Positions 1-13,942 of a stretch of DNA of 64,000 nt are shown here, piece after piece (within the stretch, counting starts at the first letter, position 1; every line of letters begins with the position of its first letter). The stretch spans positions 35,030,001-35,094,000 of the forward strand of contig OX597828.1 in NCBI GenBank assembly GCA_951406725.2. The letters are read 5' to 3'. Both the position numbers and the translations under genes were made by a program. A model generated the notes under the pieces. It made no database searches. It was not told the origin of the DNA and saw only the letters and a program-made list of their open reading frames with translations. The DNA comes from Octopus vulgaris. Lineage: Eukaryota.

Positions 1-374
1 GTGTTTCTATCATTTTATCTCCTTTATTCACGGGTGACAACACTTTCAGAGTATAGTTAATGACAAAGGGAGATAAATCTTTCATGTCTAATCTATAAAG
101 ATCTTAATTAAGTTTTGTTAATTATAGTAATTAAATTAAATAGTATAATTATTTATAAAATTTAATTAAATTTTATTGCATTCGATGTTTGTCCAAACAA
201 ATTCAAAATTTATCTCCAAAATACGTTGGAATTTTCGAAAGAACTTCAATCGTAGACACCGAGTGCAGGAGCCAAACAATAGAAAATTAATCAGTCGGGA
301 ATACTAAGAACTTCGATGACTTGAAAGTCTATGGGGGAAAAGACATCCGAAGAAATGGATAGGAACAGCTTAAA

Positions 375-560
375 ATAATGGTTTCTAATTTTGGTACAAG
401 GTGAGAAGATTCTGGAGGGGTGCTTGGCTGGTACTTATTTTATCGAGCCAAAAGTGAGAAAAGAAAGGTCGTCCTCGGTGATATTTGAGCTCGGAATGTG
501 AAGCTGGAAGAGATGCCGAGCATCTTGTACGGCATCTAAACGATTCTGCTGGCTCTCCGC
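375..560 (-). mobile_element. Degenerate SINE family A2 copy
   Basis: Reverse complement resembles the A head (gcggagagccagcagaatcgtt), body (aagtaccag) and A2 tail (ccttgtaccaaaattagaa) seen at 9213-9379 and 54073-54235. Confidence 0.7.
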
Positions 561-579
561 TTTAATATCATCAAATAAT

Positions 580-762
580 ATTTTCTACTATATGCACAAG
601 GCCTGAAATTTTGAGGGAAGAGTTTAGTCGATTACTTTTACCCTTGTTGCTCGTCTGGTATTTATTTCATTGACCCAACAGAATGAAAGGAAAAATCGGC
701 CTCGGAGGAATTTGAACTCAAAACCTTAAAGACGGACGAAATGCCACTCACACTACGCCTTC
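580..762 (-). mobile_element. Degenerate SINE family A2 copy, tandem with the previous one
   Basis: gcacaaggcctgaaatttt...agtcgattac...ctggtatttatt...gaatgaaagg...ggaatttgaactca matches the reverse of the A2 body and tail. Confidence 0.75.
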
Positions 763-915
763 TGAATAGCTTTAAACGATAAATATTAATGATCTGTAGG
801 GACTCCATATTTCGTTATGCAACTGTATATGTAAAATTAGTATATGCAATCATGTTCCACTGCTACATTTAGTGGCCATTTAAGCTATGAGCTCGTGGAT
901 GTTAATGGACTGGAC

Positions 916-962
916 GGGTGCTGATGATGGAGCAAGAACTCCCGAAATAGGTATATATACCC
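916..962 (+). ncRNA. Type I hammerhead-ribozyme-like motif (PLE-type)
   Basis: GGGUG-CUGAUGA-U-GGAG(caagaa)CUCC-C-GAAA-UA(ggua)UA-UA-UACCC: stems I, II, III and both core boxes are present; position 10.1/11.1 is non-canonical. Confidence 0.55.
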
Positions 963-1713
963 ATTACCCATTTTTCATCTTCGATCTCATTGTTTGTTTA
1001 CATTAGGCGTACTCGGAGACGAAACGTCGTAAAAAAAAAAATCAATGCTTGCTATAATCTCTATAGAAAAATCTGTAGAGATAAGCTTAGCAAGTTAAAG
1101 GGTAAAATGTGTTTGTGAGTTTTGGTAAGATCGAGCCTTGTGTGGAGAAGAAAAAATCTGACGTCTTAGGCCTGTTCGTTCGTCAGACAGAAAGAAAAAT
1201 ATTCTGGAGATGAGCAATTATTTTTTAATTCACGAATAGCGTTGCTAATGCAAGCCGCAAATAAGAGTTAGTGACGTCGGACATCGCTATGAACTTACAA
1301 TCTATTTATATAATTTAAGATAATGGTACTTTCATGCTAGGATAATAAGAAAGATGAATTACAATATAAAGAAGAATTACAAAACAATTCAGCAATAATA
1401 AGCTTAATTATAGAAATAAGTATGGGACACGGACCGGAAGTTGCTGCATCTGTGCATGATTATAAAAATGCTCTTCAAGGCATTAATTGCAACGAAGTAA
1501 ATTAAACGTTCAGAGTTTCGTCCCGTTCTGTGCCGTCTGCGTTGTTTATCTCTTCCTCCATCTGTGTGCACATGTGTTTGCAAATACACCTGTATGCATA
1601 TATATGCACGTAAACGTTTGCTTATATGTGTATGCATGTTTCTCTTGATTTTATTAATGTTGTTCTTCTCCCATGGACCCAGTAATTAAGGCCGTTATCA
1701 ATAAACATGCTAA

Positions 1714-2120
1714 GGGCGGCGCGTTGTTGGTAGAATCATTAGAGCGTCGGTTTAGAACTCTTTATATAAGGCGGCGAGCTGGCAGAGTCGTTAGCACGAC
1801 GGGCGAAATGCTTAGCGGTACTTCGGCTGCCGCTACGTTGTGAGTTCAAATTCCGCCGAGGTCGACTTTGCCTTTCATCTTTTCGGGGTCGATAAATTAA
1901 GTACCAGTTAAGCACTGGGGTCGATATAATCGACTTAATACCTATGTCTGTCCATGTTTGTCCCCTCTATGTTTAGCCCCTTGTGGGTAATAATGAAATA
2001 GGTTTAGAACTCTTTATACTCCAAGTTCAAATCCTTCTCACACCATCTCCATTTGTTTGTTTGTTTGTTTGTCCTTTCAAAGGTGAGAAAATTAAGTACC
2101 AGTCATGTACTGGAGTCGTT
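1714..2120 (+). mobile_element. Old A-type SINE interrupted by an A1 insertion
   Basis: Head ggcggcgcgttgttggtagaatcattagagcgtcgg at 1715-1750; body resumes after 2018 with agttcaaatcc...aaattaagtaccagt. Confidence 0.65.
1767..2000 (+). mobile_element. Full-length tRNA-derived SINE A1 with 18-bp TSD
   Basis: Head ggcggcgagctggcagagtcgttagc, B-box-like gagttcaaattcc, tail agccccttgtgggtaataatgaaata; perfect direct repeat ggtttagaactctttata at 1749-1766 and 2001-2018. Confidence 0.9.
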
Positions 2121-2229
2121 ATAAAACAGACACTTCCCTTTCCGCAAAATATCTGACGTTGTACCGACAGCATGAAATGATTAATGAATACGTTGAGTAA
2201 TTTCGACCAAAGCCTTTTGTGTGCGCGTG

Positions 2230-2235
2230 TAGTAT

Positions 2236-2270
<35 letters not shown>

Positions 2271-2410
2271 ACTGAAGTAGTAATTGTCGTAGTAGCAGTA
2301 ATTGTAGTAGTAGTAATTGTAGTAGTAGTTGTTGTAGTAGTAGTTGTAGTGGTAGTAGTAGTGGTTGTAGCAGTAGTAGTTGTAGTTGTAGTTGTAGTAG
2401 TAGTAGCTGT
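2230..2410. repeat. (AGT)n/(TGT)n microsatellite
   Basis: Direct inspection; source of the poly-V and poly-L ORFs. Confidence 0.95.
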
Positions 2411-2419
2411 TTGGTCATT

Positions 2420-2610
2420 TACCGTCCAGAAGTCAGAGCTAATTGAGCAGAACTATAATCCAATTATGTTCCGGCTGTGATTGTCTCTTTTGGTATAGAC
2501 TTAGTGTATCTAGGACTATATCGTTCGATGCAACCTTATTTTATTTTGAGACTGTATGGAGTATTTCAATGGTGACTTATTTGTTATTTCCAGCATGTCC
2601 AACCGTGTCA
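2420..2610 (-). mobile_element. Degenerate family G interspersed repeat (SINE-like)
   Basis: Colinear similarity to 5300-5480, 28230-28415 and 56795-57015 (ggtcag...gagcagacctatgatc...gctatttctagcagg). Confidence 0.5.
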
Positions 2611-3285
2611 GTACAGTCTCCTATTAGTTACTGTTTCTGTTGTTGTTGCTGAAGTTTAGCTCCAGCCATTGCGGAGTTTGGACAGCCGTTGTGAACACAG
2701 GAACAACGGATCATTAATTTTGCTGCTATTAACATGTCCGCCATCAACGACACGATAAAAATGTATGTTTAGAATTCTTTCACGTGAGGTGTAAACTAAA
2801 TTGCAGAAATATATATAGGGCATCATGTGTGTACTTCAATATGAGTTATACATGCGTGCTGTATCCAGTTTGAAGTGTAACCACCTTCAGTAAAGTATAT
2901 CTGAGATGGGAGTGCTTGGCAGTAATGATAGAAAAAAACAGGTGAGAAAGGTAAACTAGACATGCGATTTTCTATTTATGGTTTGTTGAAGAGGTTGTCA
3001 ACCACTGCCGGATCCTAGAGTTAAAGATATTGTCAAACTGGGGCAAAGTATACTTCAGTGACCTAGGAACTGTAATTTCTTAAAAGCCATAATATACGGA
3101 AAGCTGCAAATGTAGGAATAAATCATTTATTACAAAATAGGGGTAGGATAGAAAAGTTCCAACCACAGCATCAACGTTTCGAATATCTAATTGTTAGTAT
3201 AATCAAAACAGAAAAAGTAAAAGGCTGTCCTGGAAGAATTAAACAGGAGCAACTTGCACAAACACTTTCAACATGTTTATGTATA

Positions 3286-3328
<43 letters not shown>

Positions 3329-3329
<1 letters not shown>

Positions 3330-3488
3330 GGCGCAGAGGGGGATATGTGGTAGATAGCTTGCTTACCAACCACATGATTCAGGGTCCTGTCACACTGCGT
3401 GGCTCCTTTGACAAGTGTCTTCTTCTATAGCTTCGAGCCAACCAAAGCCTTGTAAATGGATTTGGCAGACGGAAACTAAAAGAAGCCC

Positions 3489-3532
<44 letters not shown>

Positions 3533-3745
3533 ATATATATGTGTGTGTGTGTGTGTTTGTCCCCCCGCCATCGCTTGACAACTGATGTTGGCGTGTTTAC
3601 GTCCCCGTAACTTAGCGGTTCGGCAAAACAGACCGGTAGAATAAGTACTAGACTTACTAAGAATAAGTCCTGCGGTCGATTTGTTCGACTAAAGGCAGTG
3701 TTCCAGCATGGCCGCTGTCAAATGACTGAAACAAATAAAAAGAAT
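3329..3745 (+). mobile_element. SINE family B (tRNA-like head, internal (TA)n(TG)n, gactgaaacaa tail)
   Basis: Colinear with more than 10 other copies in the window. Confidence 0.9.
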
Positions 3746-3751
3746 ATATAT

Positions 3752-3945
3752 GAGACGAGCTGACAAACTCGTTAGATCGTCGGAAAAATGGTTGGCGGCA
3801 TTCCTTCCGAACCTCTGAGCCATCGAGGTCAACTTTGCCTTTCATATCATCAGATTCAATAAAATAAAATACCAGTTATGTACTGGGACGATGTTCTCGA
3901 CAAACTCCCTCTTCTTAAAGATTGTTGGCCTTGTGCCAGAAATAG
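3752..3945 (+). mobile_element. Degenerate SINE A2
   Basis: cgagctgacaaactcgttag...gaggtcaactttgcctttcat...ataccagtt...ggccttgtgccag. Confidence 0.7.
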
Positions 3946-4337
3946 TGGTTAGGTCTCACTCAAATGATATACTGGTGTCTTTAAAAAGGACTGGTTATTT
4001 AATCTGGCCTTGGGATTCCAACACGTTGGGAAAAGACAGGATGGTCATAGCTGAAATATCTTTAATCAATGATATTTTCAGTAATGGTTGACCTAGGGTT
4101 AGACAACAACAACAACAGAAACATTAAGGACAAGAACACAAACGAATGAGTGAGTTTTGTGTTGCCGTTAATTTGCTTCGACAAGGAACCAAACCATCAT
4201 CAAGTAACACTACGATCTTTAAGAAAGAGATGGTTCCATTCGACAATGTAAACTACATAAAAAAAAGATGGAATGGTCATGGGTGAGTTCACTTTAAGCA
4301 TAGGTCTGCTCAGTCAAGGCTGACCTGGGATTGAACC
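3936..4337 (+). mobile_element. Two degenerate family G copies, the first ending in (CAA)n
   Basis: ggatggtcatagctgaaat...tgacctagggttagacaacaac and aatggtcatggg...ataggtctgctcagtcaaggctgacctggg are the reverse complement of the G pattern. Confidence 0.6.
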
Positions 4338-4623
4338 GTGGAGGTAGCGGACTCGCGGTCGAGGGATCGCGGCTTCGAATCTCAGACCGGGCGATGTGTG
4401 TGTTTATGAGCGAAGCACCTAATCTCTACGCGGCTCCGGCAGAAGGTAATGGCGAACTTCTGCTAACTCTTTCACTACAACTTTCTCTCACTCTTTCCTC
4501 CTGCATCTTGAAGCTCACCTGCGACGGACCGGCGTCCCGTCCAGGTGGGGATCCTATACGCCAAGGAAACCGTGAAACTGGCCCTTATGAGCCAGGCATG
4601 GCTCGAGAAGGAACAAAAATCAA
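4338..4623 (+). mobile_element. SINE family D with 13-bp TSD and deleted A box
   Basis: Colinear with 5603-5899; TSD ctgggattgaacc at 4325-4337 and 4624-4636; head lacks cacatggcctagtggttagag. Confidence 0.85.
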
Positions 4624-5299
4624 CTGGGATTGAACCACTGCAACTTGCATAGACACACCTCTTTCAAAGCAACCAAACTACTTTATATTATTGTACTCAA
4701 TCATTGTACTTTTACATATTATTGTAATTACTTATAACTTATTACACATAATCATTATTTTAATTATAATATAATATTGTATAACTTTACCGTATTAAAA
4801 CGATTATTTCCATATTCTCTATTTCTAATAATTTCAACTACTTGTTGATAGAATTGTTCGCTTTTTCGCTTTCACTCCCGCAGTTTGAATCAAACATTTA
4901 TTTGAACTGAACTCAACGTTCAACAACTTGAACTTACGGATCAATATCGTACTTATTATACTGTCTCATCCACAACAATTATTGCACAGTGAGATATCGG
5001 AAATTATTATCAGAGAAACGTGTGTGTATTCATGACGAAAGTTTTTCTATAGTCGTTTTATCTTGGCCAAAGTTATGAAACAACATAATCGAAAGGCGCT
5101 GCTTGAATAGTTTATAATCGTGTCTTGAAATGATAGCGTTTCTATAACCACCTCCACCATCAACCTAATGTGAGTGTTGCAATTCTATTCTGTTCTATTC
5201 TCGTAACAGATATTTCTATAGCCGTTATTGTAAGCTTTTCCGCTCTCTACCTCAATGTACAATTAATTCATCGTTGTTATTGTTGCGTTGTTGTTGCTG

Positions 5300-5480
5300 C
5301 TCCGCTTCAGGTCAGACCCATGATCAAACAGACCTATGATCAATAGCTTTCCAGCCGTGACTAACCTGTCTTTTTTATGTATCTGAATTCATGACCGTAG
5401 TGTCTTTCGCTTTTTACAAGATGGTAATCTGTATATTTAGAAGGAGCAGGCTGTTATTTTTTGCAGGTCGAGCTTTCACC
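5300..5480 (-). mobile_element. Family G repeat
   Basis: caggtcagacccatgatcaaacagacctatgatcaatagctttccagccgtgac...ggctgttattttttgcaggtcgagc. Confidence 0.65.
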
Positions 5481-5602
5481 ATACAGTTTTTCGTTATATC
5501 AGATATGGGTGTATGTGTACCTTTCTGTCTCTCTCTCCCCTCTCCCCCTCTCTCTCTCTCTATTTATCTATTTATCTGTCTACCTTCCTACCTACGTACC
5601 TT

Positions 5603-5899
5603 GTGGAGGCACATGGCCTAGTGGTTAGAGCAGCGGACTCGCAGTTGAGGGATCGCGGCTTCGAATCTCAGACCAGGCGATGTGTGTGTTTATGAGCAAA
5701 ACACCTAAGCTCCACGCAGCTACAGCAGAAGGTAATGACGAACTTTTTCGCCATAACTTTCTCTCACTCTTTCCTCCTGCATCTTGCAGCTCACCTGCGA
5801 CGAATCGGCGTCCCGTCCAGGTGGGGAACCTATACGCCAAAGAAACAGGGAAACCGACCTTTATGAGCCAGGCATGGCTCGAGAAGGAACAAACAACAA
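5603..5899 (+). mobile_element. SINE family D (tRNA-derived head)
   Basis: A box tggcctagtgg, B-box-like gcttcgaatctc; central cctgcgacgaatcggcgtcccgtccagg resembles V/Meta-type SINE core domains (from memory, unverified); ends in aacaaacaac. Confidence 0.85.
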
Positions 5900-5951
5900 A
5901 TAAACCTATCTACCTACCTACCTACCTACTTACCTATCTATCTATTCTATC

Positions 5952-6005
<54 letters not shown>

Positions 6006-6376
6006 TTACCTGCCTCTCTGTATATGGTAATGCCCGTACATCGTCTGTGTACATGTACGTTTATGGCCATTGACACACACGGCGGTTCGTTAAGCATAGC
6101 CTTGTGTGACAAACCAACTCCTGCCCCAACTTGAAGCTAAGGTACGCACAAGATTCTCGATGCAACTATACGTAGGTTCATACAGGATTATTCTTTTTTA
6201 TGTAAAGGACTAAGTGGCATAAGAGTCTAATTGCGTTTCTATGTGTGTGTGTGTTATTTATATGTGTATGCGTGTTATCTATGTGTACATGTGTCTTTGA
6301 GCCTCATCGTATAAGACGGGCGCTTTTAAATGCTGATATGTGTATAAGTTTGTGTGCGCACAAATGTATGCTAGAA

Positions 6377-6416
<40 letters not shown>

Positions 6417-6589
6417 TATTCATATATACATGCATGCACACACATACACTTACATATCTATACACACACATACACACCTCCGTTTGTCTGTCCATATATA
6501 TACACAAATGTATGCACGTATGTATATGTCTATACTTGTAAGTAAATGCGCCTTGAGTGCGTATATGTCTATATATGTATGGATTTGTT

Positions 6590-6653
<64 letters not shown>

Positions 6654-7014
6654 TACGTCAGTCGTACGCCCGTACGTGCGTACTTGTCTGCTCAGCAGGG
6701 TCTGCCTCTTGCCTCTTAAGCCTTAATAATAACGGTTCGGTGAGACGGTGACCTTCTAGCATGTGTCGTTAATAAAGATGGCCTTTACACTATCTCTACC
6801 TTATTACATGGCTAGCAACAGACAGTAATTACATTTCAGCTTTGATTTCCAATTTAAATGTGTCGACATAATTGTACCGTTCGTTCTGTATGAAACGGTA
6901 GGAGGAGGAGGAGGAGGAGGAGGAGGAACAGCAGGAGGCAAAGTCAGAGGAAGAGAGAGGGGAAAAAGTTAGTGTAAAAGTGATTTCTATCAGTGGTTCC
7001 TTTGGTTATGGTAG

Positions 7015-7315
7015 CTGATAGTGATGATGATGATGATGATGGTGTTGGTAGTGGTAGTGGTAGTAGTGGCGGTAGTGGTGGTGGTGGTGGTGGCAATGGT
7101 AGTAGTTGTGGTGGTGTTGGTGGTGACGGTGGCGGTGTTAGTGATAGTGTTACTTAACTAGTGATGGTTGTTTTTATGGTGGCACCTATGGCTGATAATG
7201 ATGATGAGTGTGGTGGTGGTGGTGGTGGTGGTGGTAGTGGTGGTGATGGTGGTGGTGGTGGTGGTGGTGGTGGTAGTGGTGGTGGTGGTGGTGATGGTGG
7301 TGGTGGTGGTGGTGC
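7015..7315. repeat. (GGT)n-rich microsatellite tract
   Basis: Direct inspection; explains the poly-G and poly-T ORFs. Confidence 0.95.
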
Positions 7316-7452
7316 TTTGATGGTGAAAAGAGTCCGTAATAATAACAGGGTACCCTGGTAGTGATAGCGGATCAGAGATGGTGGTTATTTTATAAATGGT
7401 GGTTATAGAGGTTGATGGTGTTATAAGGCTGACAGAAGGAGTTGGGTTACAT

Positions 7453-7487
<35 letters not shown>

Positions 7488-7760
7488 TATATATATATAT
7501 ATATATACATACACGCATAAAACACAGTAAGTAGTAGAGTGTCATCGGTGTTGTAACCTGAACGTATTGCGTCGTAATTTGTTATGGCATCAGAAAATAA
7601 GTCATCTTCAAGTCGTGTACATATATATAAATATATATATATAGTTTATACATATATACATATATATATGTATATATATAGATAGTTTATATATATATAC
7701 ATATATATTTGTATATGATGTATACATATATACATACATACATTTATATATGATGTATAC

Positions 7761-7822
<62 letters not shown>

Positions 7823-8107
7823 TATATACCCATAAACATATATATGTATACATTTGTATATAAAGTATGTATATGTATATGCGCGTATATTTATATATGT
7901 TTGTATGTATGCATATGTACATATATGTATGTGTAGACGAAAAAAGAGAGTGCTCAAAACTAGATGTAGAGTATTATACCTTACTGGAAGTCGAGATACC
8001 ACAAATAATTACTCCAAGTTACATACACACATATGTGTATGTGTGAGTATATATATATATATATATTATATATATATACATTTATACACACACACACACA
8101 CACACAC

Positions 8108-8154
<47 letters not shown>

Positions 8155-8384
8155 ACGATTTGACCAGCTTACAGTTTTATAAACATTGGTTAAATCCGTG
8201 TCATTTTCTCAAAGCTAGACTAGATTTTAGAATAATCGCAAGGGAAGAAACAGATTTATAAAGCCGTAAGCTAGTCATGTATAAAGATTCTTGGCCCATA
8301 CAGCGCGTTGTATCCGAGAGCAAAGCTCTACATTACACGTTTCTCAAATCTGTTCAGCTATGATCAATACCCTTTCGACTGCTA

Positions 8385-8435
<51 letters not shown>

Positions 8436-8467
8436 CTCCCTCCAACTGTCATACTTTCTCTCTCTAC

Positions 8468-8499
<32 letters not shown>

Positions 8500-8797
8500 T
8501 ACACACAGCTGGTTTCAGTACAGTTTTCGTGTGATAAATTACACTTACACGTAATAGGGTGTACGAGGTACGTTCGAAAAATATCCGACTTTGCTTTTTC
8601 CCAGCAAAACTAATGCCGGCTCGGGCAAAATCCTTTGAGTAGGAGGTGACGCCATCTTTCCTGCACATGCTTAAAAGTTTTCGTGCCAACAAGTCGCGTC
8701 AGCTCGCCGGTATAACACTTACAGTATAGACATGTGGTGTGCGCTCGTTAGAGTTCCCTTTTCACGCCAGATGACCAAACGCATCGAGCAGAAACTA

Positions 8798-9690
8798 TAA
8801 ACCTATGTCTCATCACCGGTGATGATGGACTTCATGAGGTCTGGATCGCGATGGTTTGCACAGTCCAGCATGCTCTGAGCGATATCCATGCGGAGTTGCT
8901 TCAAATGCTCTACCGGCACCGGACGAATTTCGCCAACACTCTCCGCATGCATAAATCCACCATTAAAATGGAATGCACTTAAGGCGGCGAGATGGCAGAA
9001 ACGTTAGTACGCCGGACGAAATGCTTAGCGGTATTTCGACTGCCGCTACGTTTTGAGTTCAAATTCCGCCGAGGTCGACTTTGCCTTTCATCCTTTCGGG
9101 GTCGATTAAATAAGTACCAGTTACGCACTGCGGTCGATGTAATCGACTTAATCCGTTTGTCTGTCCTTGTTTGTCCCCTCTGTGTTTAGCCCCTTGTGGG
9201 TAGCAAAGAAATAGGTATTTCGTCTGTCTTTACGTTCTGAGTTGAAATTCCGCCGAGGTTGACTTTGCTTTTCATCCTTTCGGGGTCGATAAATTAAGTA
9301 CCAGTTACGCACTTGGGTCGATCTAATCGACTGGCCCCGTCCCCAAAAGATTTCGGCCGTTGTTCCTAGAGCAGAAAAGAAAACGGAATGCACTGATTCT
9401 GTGCTTATTCCCATTTCGTGATCAATATCCTGGATTGTTGCACGACGGTCTTCCATGACTATTTGCCGAACTTTCTTAATTGGTTCTTCATTTCGGCGTG
9501 TGGATAGCCTTCCTGAGCATGCCTCGCTCTCCACTGAGATGTGGCCATGTTTGAAGAAGTTGAGCCATTCCTTGATCTGAGTTTTGCCCATGGCCTCATC
9601 GCCAAAGGCCTGCTAAATCTTTTGAGGCTGAGTCTCACCAAGCTTTTTGGCAAAAATTAATGCAACATCTCTACTCGATGCGTTCGTTAC
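8798..9690 (-). pseudogene. Mariner transposase N-terminal half (HTH to first catalytic Asp), frameshifted and SINE-interrupted
   Basis: HTH motif W..FK.G..S.E...SGR, AKFV motif and ITGDET motif recognised by translation. Confidence 0.85.
8981..9379 (+). mobile_element. Composite SINE A1/A2 inserted into the mariner, 15-bp TSD
   Basis: TSD aaaatggaatgcact at 8965-8979 and aaaacggaatgcact at 9380-9394; structure is head-A1 body/tail-ggtatttcg-A2 body/tail. Confidence 0.9.
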
Positions 9691-10059
9691 AAACGAAAAT
9701 CCGACGTGTGCACACTACACGGCTGTATTTTAAGCGTAAAACACTAGGACTGACGCGGCCCACTGTCGCGAAAATCTTTACGCATGCGCATGAAGGATGA
9801 CATCACCTCATGCCCAAAAGATTTTTCCCACCCAGTATTAGTATTGGCGGGAAAGAATTAAATCTAATACTTTTGGGATGCGCCTCGTATTCTGCTTCGG
9901 TATCCTGTTCCGGTTACTGCAGCGTTGAGAATGTTTGAAATGCGATTTCCATCACAGCCATCACAACTACCACCACCACCACCACTATAACAACAACCGC
10001 TCAGTTTCCGAGATAGAGCGGTAGTGTATGGCAAATAATTTCCCCCCAAGTCCTGTATC

Positions 10060-10400
10060 TATTGTCTACACCGTTAAGTAACACGATGCTCATAGAATAA
10101 ACTGCAAATCTTGCTGATGAAGGAAAACACGGTCAGTTGGATTTAGACGTCTAAACCTTGTCAAGTTTGAAGTATCCATTGTTGTTTTTGACATAAAGAC
10201 GACCTGATAGCAGGAAGTGTACACCAGTAGATTAATATAGATCTGCAAGATTTAATGTCATGTTGATATCGTTTAATGTATCTACTTAACTTCCATAACT
10301 ACTTAGTGAAAGCAGCGGCGAGAATATTCCATTATAGTTTCTCTTTGTGGCAATATAAACGTCTAAAACAGAGTTTGACCCTTGGGTGCTTTTAACGAAA
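10060..10400 (-). mobile_element. Possible ancient LINE reverse transcriptase fragment
   Basis: Frame-broken FSPLL...VME-like and LADL-like segments in RT motif order; very degenerate. Confidence 0.25.
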
Positions 10401-12256
10401 TTCACTCTATTTTATGCATCTGGAACCAGATACTGTGGTTCTCTCTATAGTATTTATTTTTTTAAATTTTATTCTCTGTGAGAATAACTGACAGTGGTTC
10501 AGGCAAGGTGAGGTATCAACCGAATCAATTCCACCAGACTGAAAAACGCCTGAAAAAGGATAAAAATGCATCGCCTCTCTTCCCCTAACAAACATTATGA
10601 AATGCAATTTGGAAATTGGAAAGCCGTGTTTAGAAAGAAAACGAAGTCTTCGATGCCTCATTTAAGATTTCTCCTGCAAATGCACACAAGAAGTAAAAGT
10701 AAAAAATGATTTAAACAGTTTCCGCTTATTCTTTTATGGACTCCCTACGTTTTTATTCTTCCAGCTTTGCAGCTACTTTTCGCCCCAGACGTTGGTTAGC
10801 TTTGACAGTTAGCCGCTTTCTAAACCAGACGTAACAAAATTATGTCACAAAATGATTAGCTCAGACTCCTCTTCCTTGCAACGTTACAAAATACAATTGG
10901 ACAATTATTCTTCGTTTGATTTTTTTTTAAAATTGTTTTTCATAATTTTGTTTCTTTTCATTTCTTCCAAAGAAATTTCATTCTCCTTTAACTGTCCAAT
11001 AATTTTACTTTTTTCCCCCCTTTATCTATTTATTTATTTAATTATTCCATCCTGTTTATTTTTTTGATTTACCTATACACCTGTGTTTCCCTTTCTCTCT
11101 TTTATATTTTGCTATTTTTCTTTGTATTTTCTCCTCTATTTCACTCTCTCTCTCTCTTTCTCTCTCCTTTTAGCTCCTGCTCTCCTTCTTTCTCAGTCGG
11201 TTTCTCATTTCTTCCTCAGCTAAATGGGTTTCCTTCTCTATTCTCTCTCTCTCTCTCTCTCTAGCTCCTTCTCCCCTCCTTTACCAATCGGTTTTTCCTT
11301 CCTTCTTTGGCTAAATGGGTCTCCCTCTCTATTCTATCTCCCCCTCTATCTCTCTTGGGGAGAGGGAGCTTCTTTTGTGTAATTCCTTCCCTTCTGCTCT
11401 TCACCTTTTTTCTTACTTCATTCTTAACTCATTTTCTTCAACTTATTTTCATTGTTTCTTTCATTCATTCTTTCTTTTTCTGCCTGCCTTCATTCCTTCT
11501 CGTTTTCTTCACTTCCTTTTATTTCATCTCTAACCTCACCCTCAATATTTATCGCTTTCCCTCTTATACAGACGACACATAGACACATACAGACGACATC
11601 TAAGCACAGGCATATAAATATCTTCCCGCCACTTTCAATCCTCCTAAGAAAACCTCCCTCTTACCCTCTTTCATTCCATGTCTCCCTCCCCTGTCACTTA
11701 CTCAATTCCCTCCATCTTATATCCCTAATCCCATACATACCTCTTGCTTTCTGTCAATGGAAAGAAGACATTTTGAAAACAAAACAAAGCAAAACCAAAA
11801 AAAAAAAAAAACTCGAAAAAACCTATTGTCATATTTTTGACGTCTTCAACCATCGGTATAATGGTTCTCAACTATCTTATCGTTAATGTTGCTGCTGCTG
11901 TTGGTGATGTTTTACAATATTGTTGTTGTTCCTGCTGTAGATAAAGCAAAATTTTCCAGTTATTCTGAACGATTATAGGAAAATATTTGAGAGTAGTTGT
12001 CCCAGTTTAAGGAATAAAATATGTATTTTGACAACGCATTACTTAGCGGGATATTCGTCTCTTAAGAGGGAACGGCTTGGCAACCCTTTGATGACAGGTT
12101 CAAGAAACAGCTTAGCACTATGACAAACCAAGATTCTACGATAGTATTTAGTTCTTTATAAAAATTCTATAAATTCTTCGAGTCAGCATTAATGCTATTA
12201 ACAATTATTTTAGGCAAAGAAAAATTCCACTTCTTTATGCAAAGGTCATGTCTATT

Positions 12257-12335
<79 letters not shown>

Positions 12336-12366
12336 TTGTAGGTATGTATCTGTTTATGTATATATA

Positions 12367-13326
<960 letters not shown>

Positions 13327-13368
13327 ATAATAATATAATATATATATATATAGACAGATAGAGGAAAT

Positions 13369-13402
<34 letters not shown>

Positions 13403-13419
13403 TAGATAGAGAGATATGT

Positions 13420-13613
13420 AGGTGCAGGCGTGGCTGTGTCGTAAGAAGCTTGCCTCCTAACCATATGGTTTTGGGGGTTCAGTCCCAGTGCGTGGCACCT
13501 TAGCCAAGTGTCTTCTACTATAGCCTCGGGCCGACTAAAGCCTTCTGAATGTATTTTGTAGACGGGAAACTGAAAGAAGCCCGTCGTATACATTCACACA
13601 TACATATATATGC

Positions 13614-13691
<78 letters not shown>

Positions 13692-13893
13692 TATACGTAT
13701 ATTTTAGTTTGTGTGTCTGAGTGAGTCCCTCCTCACATCGTTTGACAACCGATTTTGGTGTGTTTACAACCCCGAAGCCGCTAGGTTTCGGGAAAGAGGC
13801 CGATAGAATAAGGAATAAGCTCTGGGGTCGATTTGTTTGGCTAAAGCCGGTGCTCCAGCATGGCCGCAGTCAAATGTCTGAAAGACGGAAAAA

Positions 13894-13894
<1 letters not shown>
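13420..13894 (+). mobile_element. SINE family B with expanded internal (TA)n
   Basis: Colinear with the other B copies. Confidence 0.9.

Positions 13895-13942
<48 letters not shown>

Larger units (their letters stand above)
8564..9887 (-). mobile_element. Defective mariner-like DNA transposon with two inverted 5' ends, TA-flanked
   Basis: Termini TA-cgaggtacgttcgaaaaatatccgact and agatttaatacttttgggatgcgcctcg-like-TA; minus-strand transposase remnant (MGKTQIKEWLNFFKHGHISVESEACSGRLST...DRRATIQDI; VHSIL...RRVLAKFV; MKSIITGDET*VY). Confidence 0.9.

Noticed and set aside
2700-3260. Possible RTE LINE remnant (LKAIIYGKL, IEKF...HQR)
   Set aside because: Motifs are too short and out of the expected order.
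10850-11760. Hydrophobic membrane-protein-like ORFs
   Set aside because: Arise from pyrimidine-rich low-complexity DNA in overlapping frames.
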